This document shows, piece by piece, positions 1-7,683 of a stretch of DNA of 64,000 nucleotides (its first letter is position 1; each line of letters opens with the position of its first letter). This stretch comes from Candidatus Saccharimonadota bacterium. GTDB taxonomy: Bacteria; Patescibacteriota; Saccharimonadia; Saccharimonadales; UBA4665. Below the pieces are notes generated by a model. It ran no database searches. It was not told the origin of the DNA and saw only the letters and a list, made by a program, of their open reading frames with translations. The stretch is taken from the NCBI GenBank assembly GCA_014378615.1, contig JACMNI010000047.1, positions 9,420 to 73,419 on the forward strand. Reading direction: 5' to 3'. A program made the translations under genes and the position numbers.

Positions 1-1750
1 TAAGTTTGTTCGCAGCGCCTTCGGCCGACTTAACGGTCGCTCGCCGGGCACTCAGCTTGAGCAAGAAACAGAACGGCGGGAACAGGAAGCGCTGGCGACC
101 GCTAATTTCTGTCTCGTAAAACTGCTGGTAATCGTTATCAATCGCCATGCGAATAATCGGGTGGTCAGGGTGGTAAGTCTGGATGATGGCCCGACCAGCC
201 ACGTGACCCCGCCCAACGCGGCCAAGCACCTGGGTAAGTAGCTGAAAGGTCCGCTCGCCGGCGGAGAAATCTGGCATGTAGAGGCTGGTATCGGCTAAAA
301 GTATGCCTAGAACCGACAGTTTCGGTAGGTCGAGGCCCTTAGCCAGCAGTTGTGTGCCAACCAAGATGTCGACTTCGCCGCCGCGTACGGCTTCATACTG
401 GGTTTCGAAGCGGTCGGCCTTGAGGTTGTCGGTGTCGAAGCGGGCAACCTTAGCCTGAGGAAACAGCCGGGTAACTTCCTCTACGATCGCCTTAGTGCCG
501 GCCGTTTTGAACAGTATCGACGGGTGTTTGCACTCGGGGCAGCTGATAGGCGCCTTGGCGTGGTACTCGCAGCTGTGACAGCGCAGTTCAAAACGATCAC
601 CGTGGTAGGTAAGGGGCAAATCGCAATGAGGGCAGGTAGCCTGCCAGCCGCAGTTCTCGCACATTATTAGCCGGGCAGTGCCGCGGCGATTGAGGTACAA
701 CAAACTCTGTTCACCACGCTTTAGCGCACCCTGAATAGCGGTGATCATCGGCAGACTGAGGTGGTTAGAGCGCGGAAACTGATCGCGCTCTTTCATATCA
801 ACGATCACAATTTCGGTCGCGGCTGCAATTTGGCCTTCGCGGGCCAGCTGGTTAAGCTCGATTATCGGGCGTTGTTTTTGGGTGGCGAGGTAATAATCGC
901 TGACGCTTGGTGTAGCCGAGCCCAATACCACGGTCGATCGCGTTAAACTGGCAAGATAGGCGGCCACCCGACCGGCTTGATACTGCGGCGCCTGTTCCTG
1001 CTTGTAGGCGGCTTCGTGCGACTCGTCCAGAATAACCAGGCCCAGGCGCTCGACCGGCGTAAACAGGGCCGAACGGGGGCCAATAATGACTAACGGCTCG
1101 CTGGATACGAGGCAGCGCAACCACGCCTGACGTCGCTCGGTTGGGGCTTGGCCAGAGTGCAGTACAACCACACGTGAGCCAAAGACGGCTCGGAAGTTGG
1201 ACGCTAGCTGCGACGTTAAGCTTATCTCGGGGGTCAGAATTATGGCCGATTTACCACTGGTGATGATTCGCAGGGCGAGTTCAATGTAGAGGCGGGTTTT
1301 GCCGCTCCCCGTCGTGCCGTGCACGACGTAGCTGCCGGTTGCCTTCATAGCAACCAGGGCGGCGGTTTGCTGCTCGGTGAGCGGCGGCAGGTCGGTGGTG
1401 CTAGGCGCTGTCAGGTCTGGCTGCTCAGGAAGTAACAGCTGTTTAGCGCTGAGGCCGGCCGGTAATAACTGCTGCGTTAAAACGCCAAGCGGGGCAGGAT
1501 AATACGCCTGCAACCATACAACTAACTTCAGTAAGTGTGTCGGCAGGGGAGGCAGATCAAATATGGTGGTAATAGGCTTTGTCTTAAAGCGCGGACGCGG
1601 TGCCGGGCCAGTCACCACGCCCATTACTTGTTCTTTCTGTAACTCGACCACGACCATACTGCCAGTCGGCAGGGCTGCTTCGGATTGATACGTAAGCGCG
1701 TCTTGACCATGATAACGACTGCTCCGAACCCACACGTAATAAAATTGCAT
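1..1750 (-). CDS. priA: Primosomal protein N' / replication-restart helicase PriA (C-terminus runs off the window; absent from the supplied ORF track)
   Basis: Own reverse-strand translation from ATG at 1750-1748 gives MQFYYVWVRSSRYHGQDALTYQSE... It contains Walker A GTTGSGKT, DExH box LDESHE, Cys clusters CENCGW..CPHCD..CHSCEY..CPEC, and helicase motif VI QVLGRVGRG. The frame stays open to position 1. Confidence 0.9.
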   Translation of the reverse strand, partial: MQFYYVWVRSSRYHGQDALTYQSEAALPTGSMVVVELQKEQVMGVVTGPAPRPRFKTKPITTIFDLPPLPTHLLKLVVWLQAYYPAPLGVLTQQLLPAGLSAKQLLLPEQPDLTAPSTTDLPPLTEQQTAALVAMKATGSYVVHGTTGSGKTRLYIELALRIITSGKSAIILTPEISLTSQLASNFRAVFGSRVVVLHSGQAPTERRQAWLRCLVSSEPLVIIGPRSALFTPVERLGLVILDESHEAAYKQEQAPQYQAGRVAAYLASLTRSTVVLGSATPSVSDYYLATQKQRPIIELNQLAREGQIAAATEIVIVDMKERDQFPRSNHLSLPMITAIQGALKRGEQSLLYLNRRGTARLIMCENCGWQATCPHCDLPLTYHGDRFELRCHSCEYHAKAPISCPECKHPSILFKTAGTKAIVEEVTRLFPQAKVARFDTDNLKADRFETQYEAVRGGEVDILVGTQLLAKGLDLPKLSVLGILLADTSLYMPDFSAGERTFQLLTQVLGRVGRGHVAGRAIIQTYHPDHPIIRMAIDNDYQQFYETEISGRQRFLFPPFCFLLKLSARRATVKSAEGAANKL

Positions 1751-1981
1751 AATCCCAGTATATCGCTATTTATGGATATCACATCTATCTAGTAGTAACA
1801 GCTGAAAACAAAAGTGAGGCAGGGTCATATTTGGTATCGAATCAGCTGTAAAATCGTATACATTTTTTGGTAATTGAGCGATGCGGCTTTGGCATGGAGA
1901 CACCGATTTTGCATAACTTTAGCAACCAGCTGGCTGTGTTGGATATGGCGCGATATGTTGTTTTTTAGCCGTACAAATTTA

Positions 1982-2010
1982 TTGAACTATAAAGACCGCT
2001 AGCGTATACT
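1982..2010 (+). promoter_or_regulatory. Candidate sigma70-type promoter of ftsZ
   Basis: TTGAAC (1982-1987), 17-nt spacer, TATACT (2005-2010). GAGGGA Shine-Dalgarno at 2038-2043, 9 nt before the ftsZ ATG. Confidence 0.45.
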
Positions 2011-2052
2011 ACAACTAAAGAGTTACTTAATATTCAAGAGGGATCTGACCTA

Positions 2053-3390
2053 ATGCCACAAGTAGTTGAACCAGCAATCGAAACATTCGCGCAGATTAAA
2101 GTTATCGGCGTCGGTGGCGCAGGCGGCGCTGCCATCAATCGCATGGTCGAGGCCGGCATTGAGGGCGTAGAGTTTATTGCAATCAATACCGATGCTCAAG
2201 CATTGCACCACTCCAAGGCCAGCAACAAGATCCACATCGGCAAAGACACAACTCGCGGCCTAGGCGCCGGTGCCGATCCCAACGTAGGCGAATCAGCCGC
2301 TCTGGAATCCAGTGATGTCATAAAAGCTGCTATTGAAGGCGCCGACATGATATTTATAACTATTGGTGCTGGTGGTGGTACGGGCAGTGGCGCTGGCCAC
2401 GTGGTAGCTAAAATTGCCCGCGACATGGGCATTCTAGTGGTTGGTTTTGCGACCAAGCCATTTGCCTTTGAAGGCGAGAAGCGCCGACACAACGCCGACC
2501 TGGCTATCAGCAAAATGCGCAGTGCCGTCGATACCTTAATTATTATTCCAAACGATCGACTGCTGCAGACAATCGATCGCCAGACCCCACTCATGGAAGC
2601 CTTTAAAGTCGCCGATGACGTTTTGCGTCAGGGCGTCCAAGGCATCTCGGACCTCATTACCGTGCACGGTTTAATCAACCTCGACTTTGCCGACGTTAAG
2701 ACCGTTATGAGCAACGCCGGTTCGGCGCTTATGGGTATTGGCCGCGCCAGTGGTGAAAATCGCGCTGTAGCTGCTGCCCAACAAGCCATCGAATCACCAC
2801 TCCTTGAAGTATCAATTGATGGCGCCCGCGGCATCTTGTTCAACATTATTGGTGGCAACGACCTAGCCATGCACGAAATTAATGCGGCTGCCGAAACCAT
2901 CACAAATGCTGCCGACCCAGAAGCCAACATAATCTTCGGTGCAACTATTAGCCCCGAACTTGAAGGCGAAGTCATCATTACCGTGGTGGCGACGGGCTTC
3001 GACGAATCGTACTACGCCAAGCGCGACGCCGACACCGGTCTCGTCGACTCACCAACTACAACGCCGAGCCTAGCTCCAGCTCCTATCGTGACTGCTAGCC
3101 AAGAAGAAGATACGCTAGCTAATATGGATATGACACTCGACGAGTCTCCGGCCGCCAGTGACTTCAGCAGCGATACTCCAATGCCAAACATCTGGACCAT
3201 CGACGACAAAGACGATGACACGACTACTAAGGACGATGCAACTAAAGATGACAAGTCCAAAGATAGCGACCGAGACGATGACGAACCAGTCACACGTATA
3301 ATCAGCGGCGACGGCCAAGATGACGATCTAGAGCGCCCATCGTTCTTGCGCCGCCTGGCCAAGCGCCACAAAGACGACTCTAAAGACTAG
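2053..3390 (+). CDS. ftsZ: Cell division GTPase FtsZ
   Basis: 445 aa. N-terminal [17 protein letters not shown], tubulin signature GGGTGSGA, long acidic disordered linker, and conserved C-terminal peptide [14 protein letters not shown]. Confidence 0.97.
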   Translation: MPQVVEPAIETFAQIKVIGVGGAGGAAINRMVEAGIEGVEFIAINTDAQALHHSKASNKIHIGKDTTRGLGAGADPNVGESAALESSDVIKAAIEGADMIFITIGAGGGTGSGAGHVVAKIARDMGILVVGFATKPFAFEGEKRRHNADLAISKMRSAVDTLIIIPNDRLLQTIDRQTPLMEAFKVADDVLRQGVQGISDLITVHGLINLDFADVKTVMSNAGSALMGIGRASGENRAVAAAQQAIESPLLEVSIDGARGILFNIIGGNDLAMHEINAAAETITNAADPEANIIFGATISPELEGEVIITVVATGFDESYYAKRDADTGLVDSPTTTPSLAPAPIVTASQEEDTLANMDMTLDESPAASDFSSDTPMPNIWTIDDKDDDTTTKDDATKDDKSKDSDRDDDEPVTRIISGDGQDDDLERPSFLRRLAKRHKDDSKD

Positions 3391-3410
3391 TCTTTTAAAC
3401 AACCTTGTAA

Positions 3411-3455
3411 AAAATACCCCCTGATTTACGGCTTCGTAACGGGGGTATTTTGTAT
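3411..3455 (+). terminator. Rho-independent terminator after ftsZ
   Basis: AAAATACCCCC (3411-3421) pairs with GGGGGTATTTT (3441-3451). There is an inner TTACG-GCTT-CGTAA hairpin and a T-rich tail. Confidence 0.75.
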
Positions 3456-3485
3456 TAAATAATACAGCGTCCGATGTATTGCAAA

Positions 3486-3534
3486 ACGCTATAGCTAGGG
3501 TTATAGTTATGGGTCAAGGCACTATATAGAGGGG
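3486..3534 (+). promoter_or_regulatory. Candidate tandem NrdR boxes upstream of nrdR-nrdJ
   Basis: ACGCTATAGCTAGGGT (3486-3501) and GCACTATATAGAGGGG (3519-3534). Each matches 12/16 positions of the NrdR-box consensus acaCwAtATaTwGtgt as I recall it. Start-to-start spacing is 33 nt (about 3 helical turns). Confidence 0.4.
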
Positions 3535-3580
3535 GTGTCGGCACCTTAAACCAACAACATAAACAAAGATGGGGGCATCT

Positions 3581-4045
3581 ATGAAATGCGGTCAATGCCA
3601 AAGCGACGATATCAAAGTTATTGAATCGCGTGACGTAGCTGATGGACAAGCTATTCGCCGCCGTCGTATGTGTAATGCTTGTGGAGCCCGCTTCACCACC
3701 TACGAACGACTAGAACGACCGCAGTTAATTGTCATTAAAAACGACGGCACCCGCGAGCTCTTCAACCGATCGAAGTTGATGGCTGGGCTCTACCGCGCTT
3801 GTGATAAAACGCCGGTTACCAGTTTGCAGCTCGACAAAGTCGTCAATCAGATAGAGCAAGATCTCTACGATTGCAGCGAACCGGAAATAAAATCTAACAA
3901 GATTGGCGAACTGGTCATGGATCAATTAGCCGCGCTAAACGACGTTGCATACGTCCGTTTTGCCAGCGTCTACCGACGGTTCAAAGATATCGCCAGCTTT
4001 GAAAAAGAGCTCAACCACATACGCCAACAGCGACTTAAAAACTAG
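3581..4045 (+). CDS. nrdR: Transcriptional repressor NrdR (Zn-ribbon + ATP-cone)
   Basis: MKCGQCQSDDIKVIESR...CNACGARFTTYERLE is a typical NrdR N-terminus. The ORF-track start at 3569 adds MGAS. The ATG at 3581 has a G-rich SD-like stretch 5 nt upstream and gives the canonical MKC start. Confidence 0.92.
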   Translation: MKCGQCQSDDIKVIESRDVADGQAIRRRRMCNACGARFTTYERLERPQLIVIKNDGTRELFNRSKLMAGLYRACDKTPVTSLQLDKVVNQIEQDLYDCSEPEIKSNKIGELVMDQLAALNDVAYVRFASVYRRFKDIASFEKELNHIRQQRLKN

Positions 4046-4086
4046 TCTGAAATTTCAGGCAACAATAATAAAAGAGGGGTACTATT

Positions 4087-6858
4087 ATGGGACAGACAAC
4101 AGCAATCGGAACAGCACGCCTGTTCACACCAAAGAAATCGAAAGCTTACGACCAGTTAACTTGGGAATCGCGCGATTCAGTTATTACTAACCCGATGACC
4201 GGCAAACCCGTGTTTGAGCAGCTTGGTGTTGAGTTTCCGAGTGGTTTCTCCCAGAACGCCATTAACATCGTCGCCCAAAAGTACTTCAGTGGCACCCCCG
4301 GCAGCGACGAGCGCGAGAGCTCAATGCGCCACCTGATCGACCGCGTTGTCGACACCGTTACCGCCCATGGTCTCCAAGAAGCCTACTTTACGTCTGAAGC
4401 CGAAGCCGAAGACTACCGGGAAGAACTTAAGTATGTCTTAGCGACCCAACGCGCCGCTTTTAACAGTCCTGTTTGGTTCAACATTGGCGCCAAGGGCCGT
4501 GCTCAACAGGCCAGTGCCTGCTTTATTCTCGGTATCGACGACACCATGCCGGCAATTTTGCAGTGGTACGTCGACGAAGGCATGATCTTTAAGGGTGGTT
4601 CGGGCTCTGGAATTAACATCAGTCCTATCCGTTCTAGCGTGGAGACGCTTGGCAAGAGCGCCGGCACAGCTTCTGGCCCCCTAAGCTTTATGCGCGGTGC
4701 CGATGCCAGCGCCGGTGCCATCAAGAGTGGCGGTAAGACCCGCCGCGCCGCCAAGATGGTTATATTAAATGTCGATCACCCTGACGTTGAGGAGTTCATC
4801 TGGAGTAAGGCTATTGAAGAGCGCAAAGCCCGCGTTCTCCAGGCCAACGGCTTCGATATGAACCTCGACGGCAAAGACTCCTTTAGCGTGCAGTACCAGA
4901 ACGCCAACAACTCGGTTCGCGTTACCGATGAATTCATGGAAGCCGTTGAAACCGATGGCGACTGGGACCTCAATGCCGTAACTACCGGCAAGCCTGTTAA
5001 AACTGTTAAAGCCCGTCAGCTCTTCCGCCAGTTCTCCGAAGCTGCTTGGGAATGCGCCGACCCCGGCATGCAGTTCGATACCGTCATTAACAAGTGGCAC
5101 ACCACGCCCAACGCCGGCCGCATTAACGGCTCCAACCCGTGCTCCGAATACATGCACCCCGATAACTCGGCTTGTAACCTCGCCAGCCTAAACTTGCTCA
5201 AGTTCCTTAAAGAAGATGACACTTTCGACATCAAGGCCTTCATTCACACCGTTGAATTGATATTTACGGCCCAGGAGATTTTGGTCGGCTACAGCGACTA
5301 CCCAACTGAAAAGATTGGCAAGAACGCCAAGGCCTACCGCGAGCTCGGTATTGGTTACGCCAACCTCGGAGCACTATTAATGGCCCTCGGTCTCCCATAC
5401 GACTCCGCCGAAGGCCGCGCCATTGCTGCCGCCATTACCGCACTGCTTACGGGGCAGAGCTACGCTACCAGTGCCCGCATCGCCGGTCGCGTTGGTCCGT
5501 TTGCCGGTTTCCACAAAGACCGCGAAGGTATGCTAAACGTACTGCGCATGCACCGCGCCGAAGTTTCTAAGATTGACGCTTCACTAGTTTCCGAAGAGTT
5601 GCTAAACGCCGCCGCCAGCGCCTGGGACGACGCCGTCGAACTCGGCGAGCAGTACGGCGTCCGTAATTCACAGGCTTCAGTATTAGCTCCAACCGGTACC
5701 ATCGGCCTAATGATGGACTGCGACACGACCGGAATCGAACCGGACCTCGGTCTAGTAAAAGTTAAGAAGTTAGTCGGTGGCGGCACGATGCACATCGTCA
5801 ACCAAACCGTGCCACGCGCCCTCAAGAACCTGGGGTATAAGAAAGACCAAATCGATCAGATCGTCGCCTACATCGACGTCGAAAAGACTATCATCGGTGC
5901 CCCCGGGTTAAAGCCAGAGCACAAAAACGTCTTTGCTTGCGCTATGGGCGACAACTCCATCCACTACACCGGACACGTTAAAATGATGGCCGCTGTGCAG
6001 CCATTCCTATCTGGTGCTATCTCTAAGACCGTCAACATGCCCGAAGATGCCACCGTAGAAGACATCGAACAGATTCATATCGACTCTTGGAAGATGGGCA
6101 TCAAGGCCGTTGCTATTTACCGCGACAACTGTAAGGTCGGTCAGCCGCTCAGCATGGGCAAGAAAGAGGGCAGTGAAGACAAGGCTCCAGCCGCCGCTGC
6201 TACTTTGGACGACAAGATCGTCACCAAGGGCGCCGTCCGCCGCAAGCTACCGCGCGTTCGAAACAGCCGTACCTACAAGTTCCAGATTGCCGACCTAGAA
6301 GGCTACTTTACCGTCGGTGAATACGAAGACGGTACGCCAGGTGAACTGTTCATCAGCGTCTCCAAGCAAGGTTCGACCTTGTCGGGACTAATGGACTCCT
6401 TTGCCATCAGCGTTAGCCATGGTTTGCAGTTCGGCGTGCCACTAAAGAGCTATGTTAAGACGTTGCGTGGCACTAGTTTCGCCCCAAGTGGCATTACCGA
6501 TGATACCGAGATCCGTACCGCCAGTTCTATTACCGACTACATTGTCCGCCGTCTGGCCTTAGACTACCTCAGCTTCGACGATCGTCTCGAGCTCGGCCTC
6601 GCCAACTTAGAAGACATGCCGATGTTTGAAGTCCAGACTAGCCTAATAGAATCTGATGATAGCGTCAGTGCTCCAGCAGCTCCCGCTAAAACCGAAGCAT
6701 CACCGCCCGTTTCCGAGGCACCAGCCATCGCTACTGCCGACGCCAAGCTAACCGGCGATAGCACCGCGCCACTCTGTTACAACTGCGGCAATCAGACCCA
6801 GCGCTCGGGTAGCTGCTATGTCTGTACCTCTTGTGGCTCGACCACCGGCTGCAGCTAG
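4087..6858 (+). CDS. nrdJ: Class II (adenosylcobalamin-dependent) ribonucleotide reductase
   Basis: 923 aa. Active-site loop GSNPCSEY and monomeric class II layout. Cys-rich C-terminal tail CYNCGNQTQRSGSCYVCTSCGSTTGC. AGAGGGG SD upstream. Confidence 0.94.
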   Translation: MGQTTAIGTARLFTPKKSKAYDQLTWESRDSVITNPMTGKPVFEQLGVEFPSGFSQNAINIVAQKYFSGTPGSDERESSMRHLIDRVVDTVTAHGLQEAYFTSEAEAEDYREELKYVLATQRAAFNSPVWFNIGAKGRAQQASACFILGIDDTMPAILQWYVDEGMIFKGGSGSGINISPIRSSVETLGKSAGTASGPLSFMRGADASAGAIKSGGKTRRAAKMVILNVDHPDVEEFIWSKAIEERKARVLQANGFDMNLDGKDSFSVQYQNANNSVRVTDEFMEAVETDGDWDLNAVTTGKPVKTVKARQLFRQFSEAAWECADPGMQFDTVINKWHTTPNAGRINGSNPCSEYMHPDNSACNLASLNLLKFLKEDDTFDIKAFIHTVELIFTAQEILVGYSDYPTEKIGKNAKAYRELGIGYANLGALLMALGLPYDSAEGRAIAAAITALLTGQSYATSARIAGRVGPFAGFHKDREGMLNVLRMHRAEVSKIDASLVSEELLNAAASAWDDAVELGEQYGVRNSQASVLAPTGTIGLMMDCDTTGIEPDLGLVKVKKLVGGGTMHIVNQTVPRALKNLGYKKDQIDQIVAYIDVEKTIIGAPGLKPEHKNVFACAMGDNSIHYTGHVKMMAAVQPFLSGAISKTVNMPEDATVEDIEQIHIDSWKMGIKAVAIYRDNCKVGQPLSMGKKEGSEDKAPAAAATLDDKIVTKGAVRRKLPRVRNSRTYKFQIADLEGYFTVGEYEDGTPGELFISVSKQGSTLSGLMDSFAISVSHGLQFGVPLKSYVKTLRGTSFAPSGITDDTEIRTASSITDYIVRRLALDYLSFDDRLELGLANLEDMPMFEVQTSLIESDDSVSAPAAPAKTEASPPVSEAPAIATADAKLTGDSTAPLCYNCGNQTQRSGSCYVCTSCGSTTGCS

Positions 6859-6872
6859 TGTAAGCTAGAAGT

Positions 6873-7139
6873 ATGAAAGTGCTTGTCCTTTACCGACCCA
6901 ATTCCGACCACGGACGAATCGTTGAAGATTTCATCCGCGACTATCAGCGAGCCGGCCACAGCGGAACTATCGAGGCGCTAAATCTCGATAGCCGCGAGGG
7001 CGCGGCCATGGCCAGTCTGTACGACGTCGTGCAGTATCCTAGCATCATTATCGTCCGGCAAGATGGCTCGGCGCTGCGGGCTTGGCAGGGCAGAGAGCTA
7101 CCGCTGCAATCTGAAGTGGCGGCCTACGCCTACAGCTAG
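6873..7139 (+). CDS. Small thioredoxin-fold-like protein with no cysteines (hypothetical)
   Basis: 88 aa, starting 14 nt after the nrdJ stop. It shows a beta-alpha-beta pattern (KVLVLYRPNSDHGRIVEDFI...YPSIIIVRQDG) with NSDH where a CxxC would normally sit. The fold assignment comes from pattern only. Confidence 0.5.
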   Translation: MKVLVLYRPNSDHGRIVEDFIRDYQRAGHSGTIEALNLDSREGAAMASLYDVVQYPSIIIVRQDGSALRAWQGRELPLQSEVAAYAYS

Positions 7140-7386
7140 GCTGTGCGAAACCGTGAAAAATGCTGACCGACTCGCTGCTCCTGTTTGGTCTGTTACCCCT
7201 GGTATCAGTTGTTGAGCTGGAAACCAGATTTTGCCCACACTAAAATTTGCCCGTATAGCAAATAAGATATAATCTATAACTTTTCTGGTATACGGCTCTA
7301 AAAAGGGCACTCAAAGAAAGGTGCCTTATAGGGCGCGCATTAATATTTGCCACCCAGCACGGCGCCGTGAGGCCACCTAACAACTG

Positions 7387-7395
7387 TGGTATACT
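7387..7395 (+). promoter_or_regulatory. Extended -10 promoter element (TGGTATACT) of the ileS leader
   Basis: TG-n-TATACT at 7387-7395. The same TGnTATAnT form recurs before parA, lepB and msrA. Confidence 0.45.
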
Positions 7396-7425
7396 GAATT
7401 TACAATTTAGCAAATCCACCGAAGG

Positions 7426-7652
7426 CTACGACCTGAGTAAGCGGCTATCCACCGCGAGGAGCAGACAGAACCGGTTTAGATATCAGCGGCGCAGCAAGCG
7501 CAACTCGATCCCTAAATCCAAGTAGAATCTGACGGCCGCTACCCGTTACGTAGGCAATAAAGCGTCAAAAAGCATGGCTTTTGAAAGCTGGATGGTACCA
7601 CCGCCAACACCAATGCGGTTCCAGCAGTCCAGAATAAGAGCGATGTTTTTTT
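7426..7652 (+). promoter_or_regulatory. T-box riboswitch leader (tRNA-Ile sensing) with terminator/antiterminator switch
   Basis: Antiterminator: helix A1 GCTGGA 7587-7592 / TCCAGC 7620-7625; 7-nt bulge TGGTACC 7593-7599 (identical to the T-box core UGGUACC, where UGGU would pair with an ACCA 3' end); helix A2 ACCGC 7600-7604 / GCGGT 7615-7619. Competing terminator: CATGGCTTTT 7573-7582 / AAGAGCGATG 7636-7645, plus CTGGA 7588-7592 / TCCAG 7628-7632, followed by T7 at 7646-7652. Stem I-like hairpin at 7426-7553 (CTACG/CGTAG and GTAAGCGGC/GCCGCTAC). AUC specifier candidates at 7527-7529 (after AGUAGA) and 7482-7484 (followed by A). Confidence 0.65.
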
Positions 7653-7683
7653 ATTTACCAATAATTTCTGCAAGGAGCCACCC

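Noticed and set aside
350-1124. ORF-track entries 350-670 (+), 761-946 (+) and 852-1124 (-).
   Set aside because: All lie inside the long minus-strand PriA frame, which has clear helicase motifs. They are out-of-frame artefacts.
3945-4190. ORF 3945-4190 (+) bridging the nrdR 3' end and the nrdJ 5' end.
   Set aside because: It is out of frame with both well-supported genes and is low-complexity. It is an artefact.
7140-7330. Possible tRNA, small RNA or terminator in the spacer after the Trx-like ORF (GGCAC...GTGCC hairpin at about 7304-7324). More generally, tRNA genes in the long spacers at 11.0-11.5 kb, 42.1-42.7 kb and 56.8-57.0 kb.
   Set aside because: There is no T-loop (GTTCRANYC) or cloverleaf-compatible arms. 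The hairpin is only 5 bp with no T-run. Not supportable.
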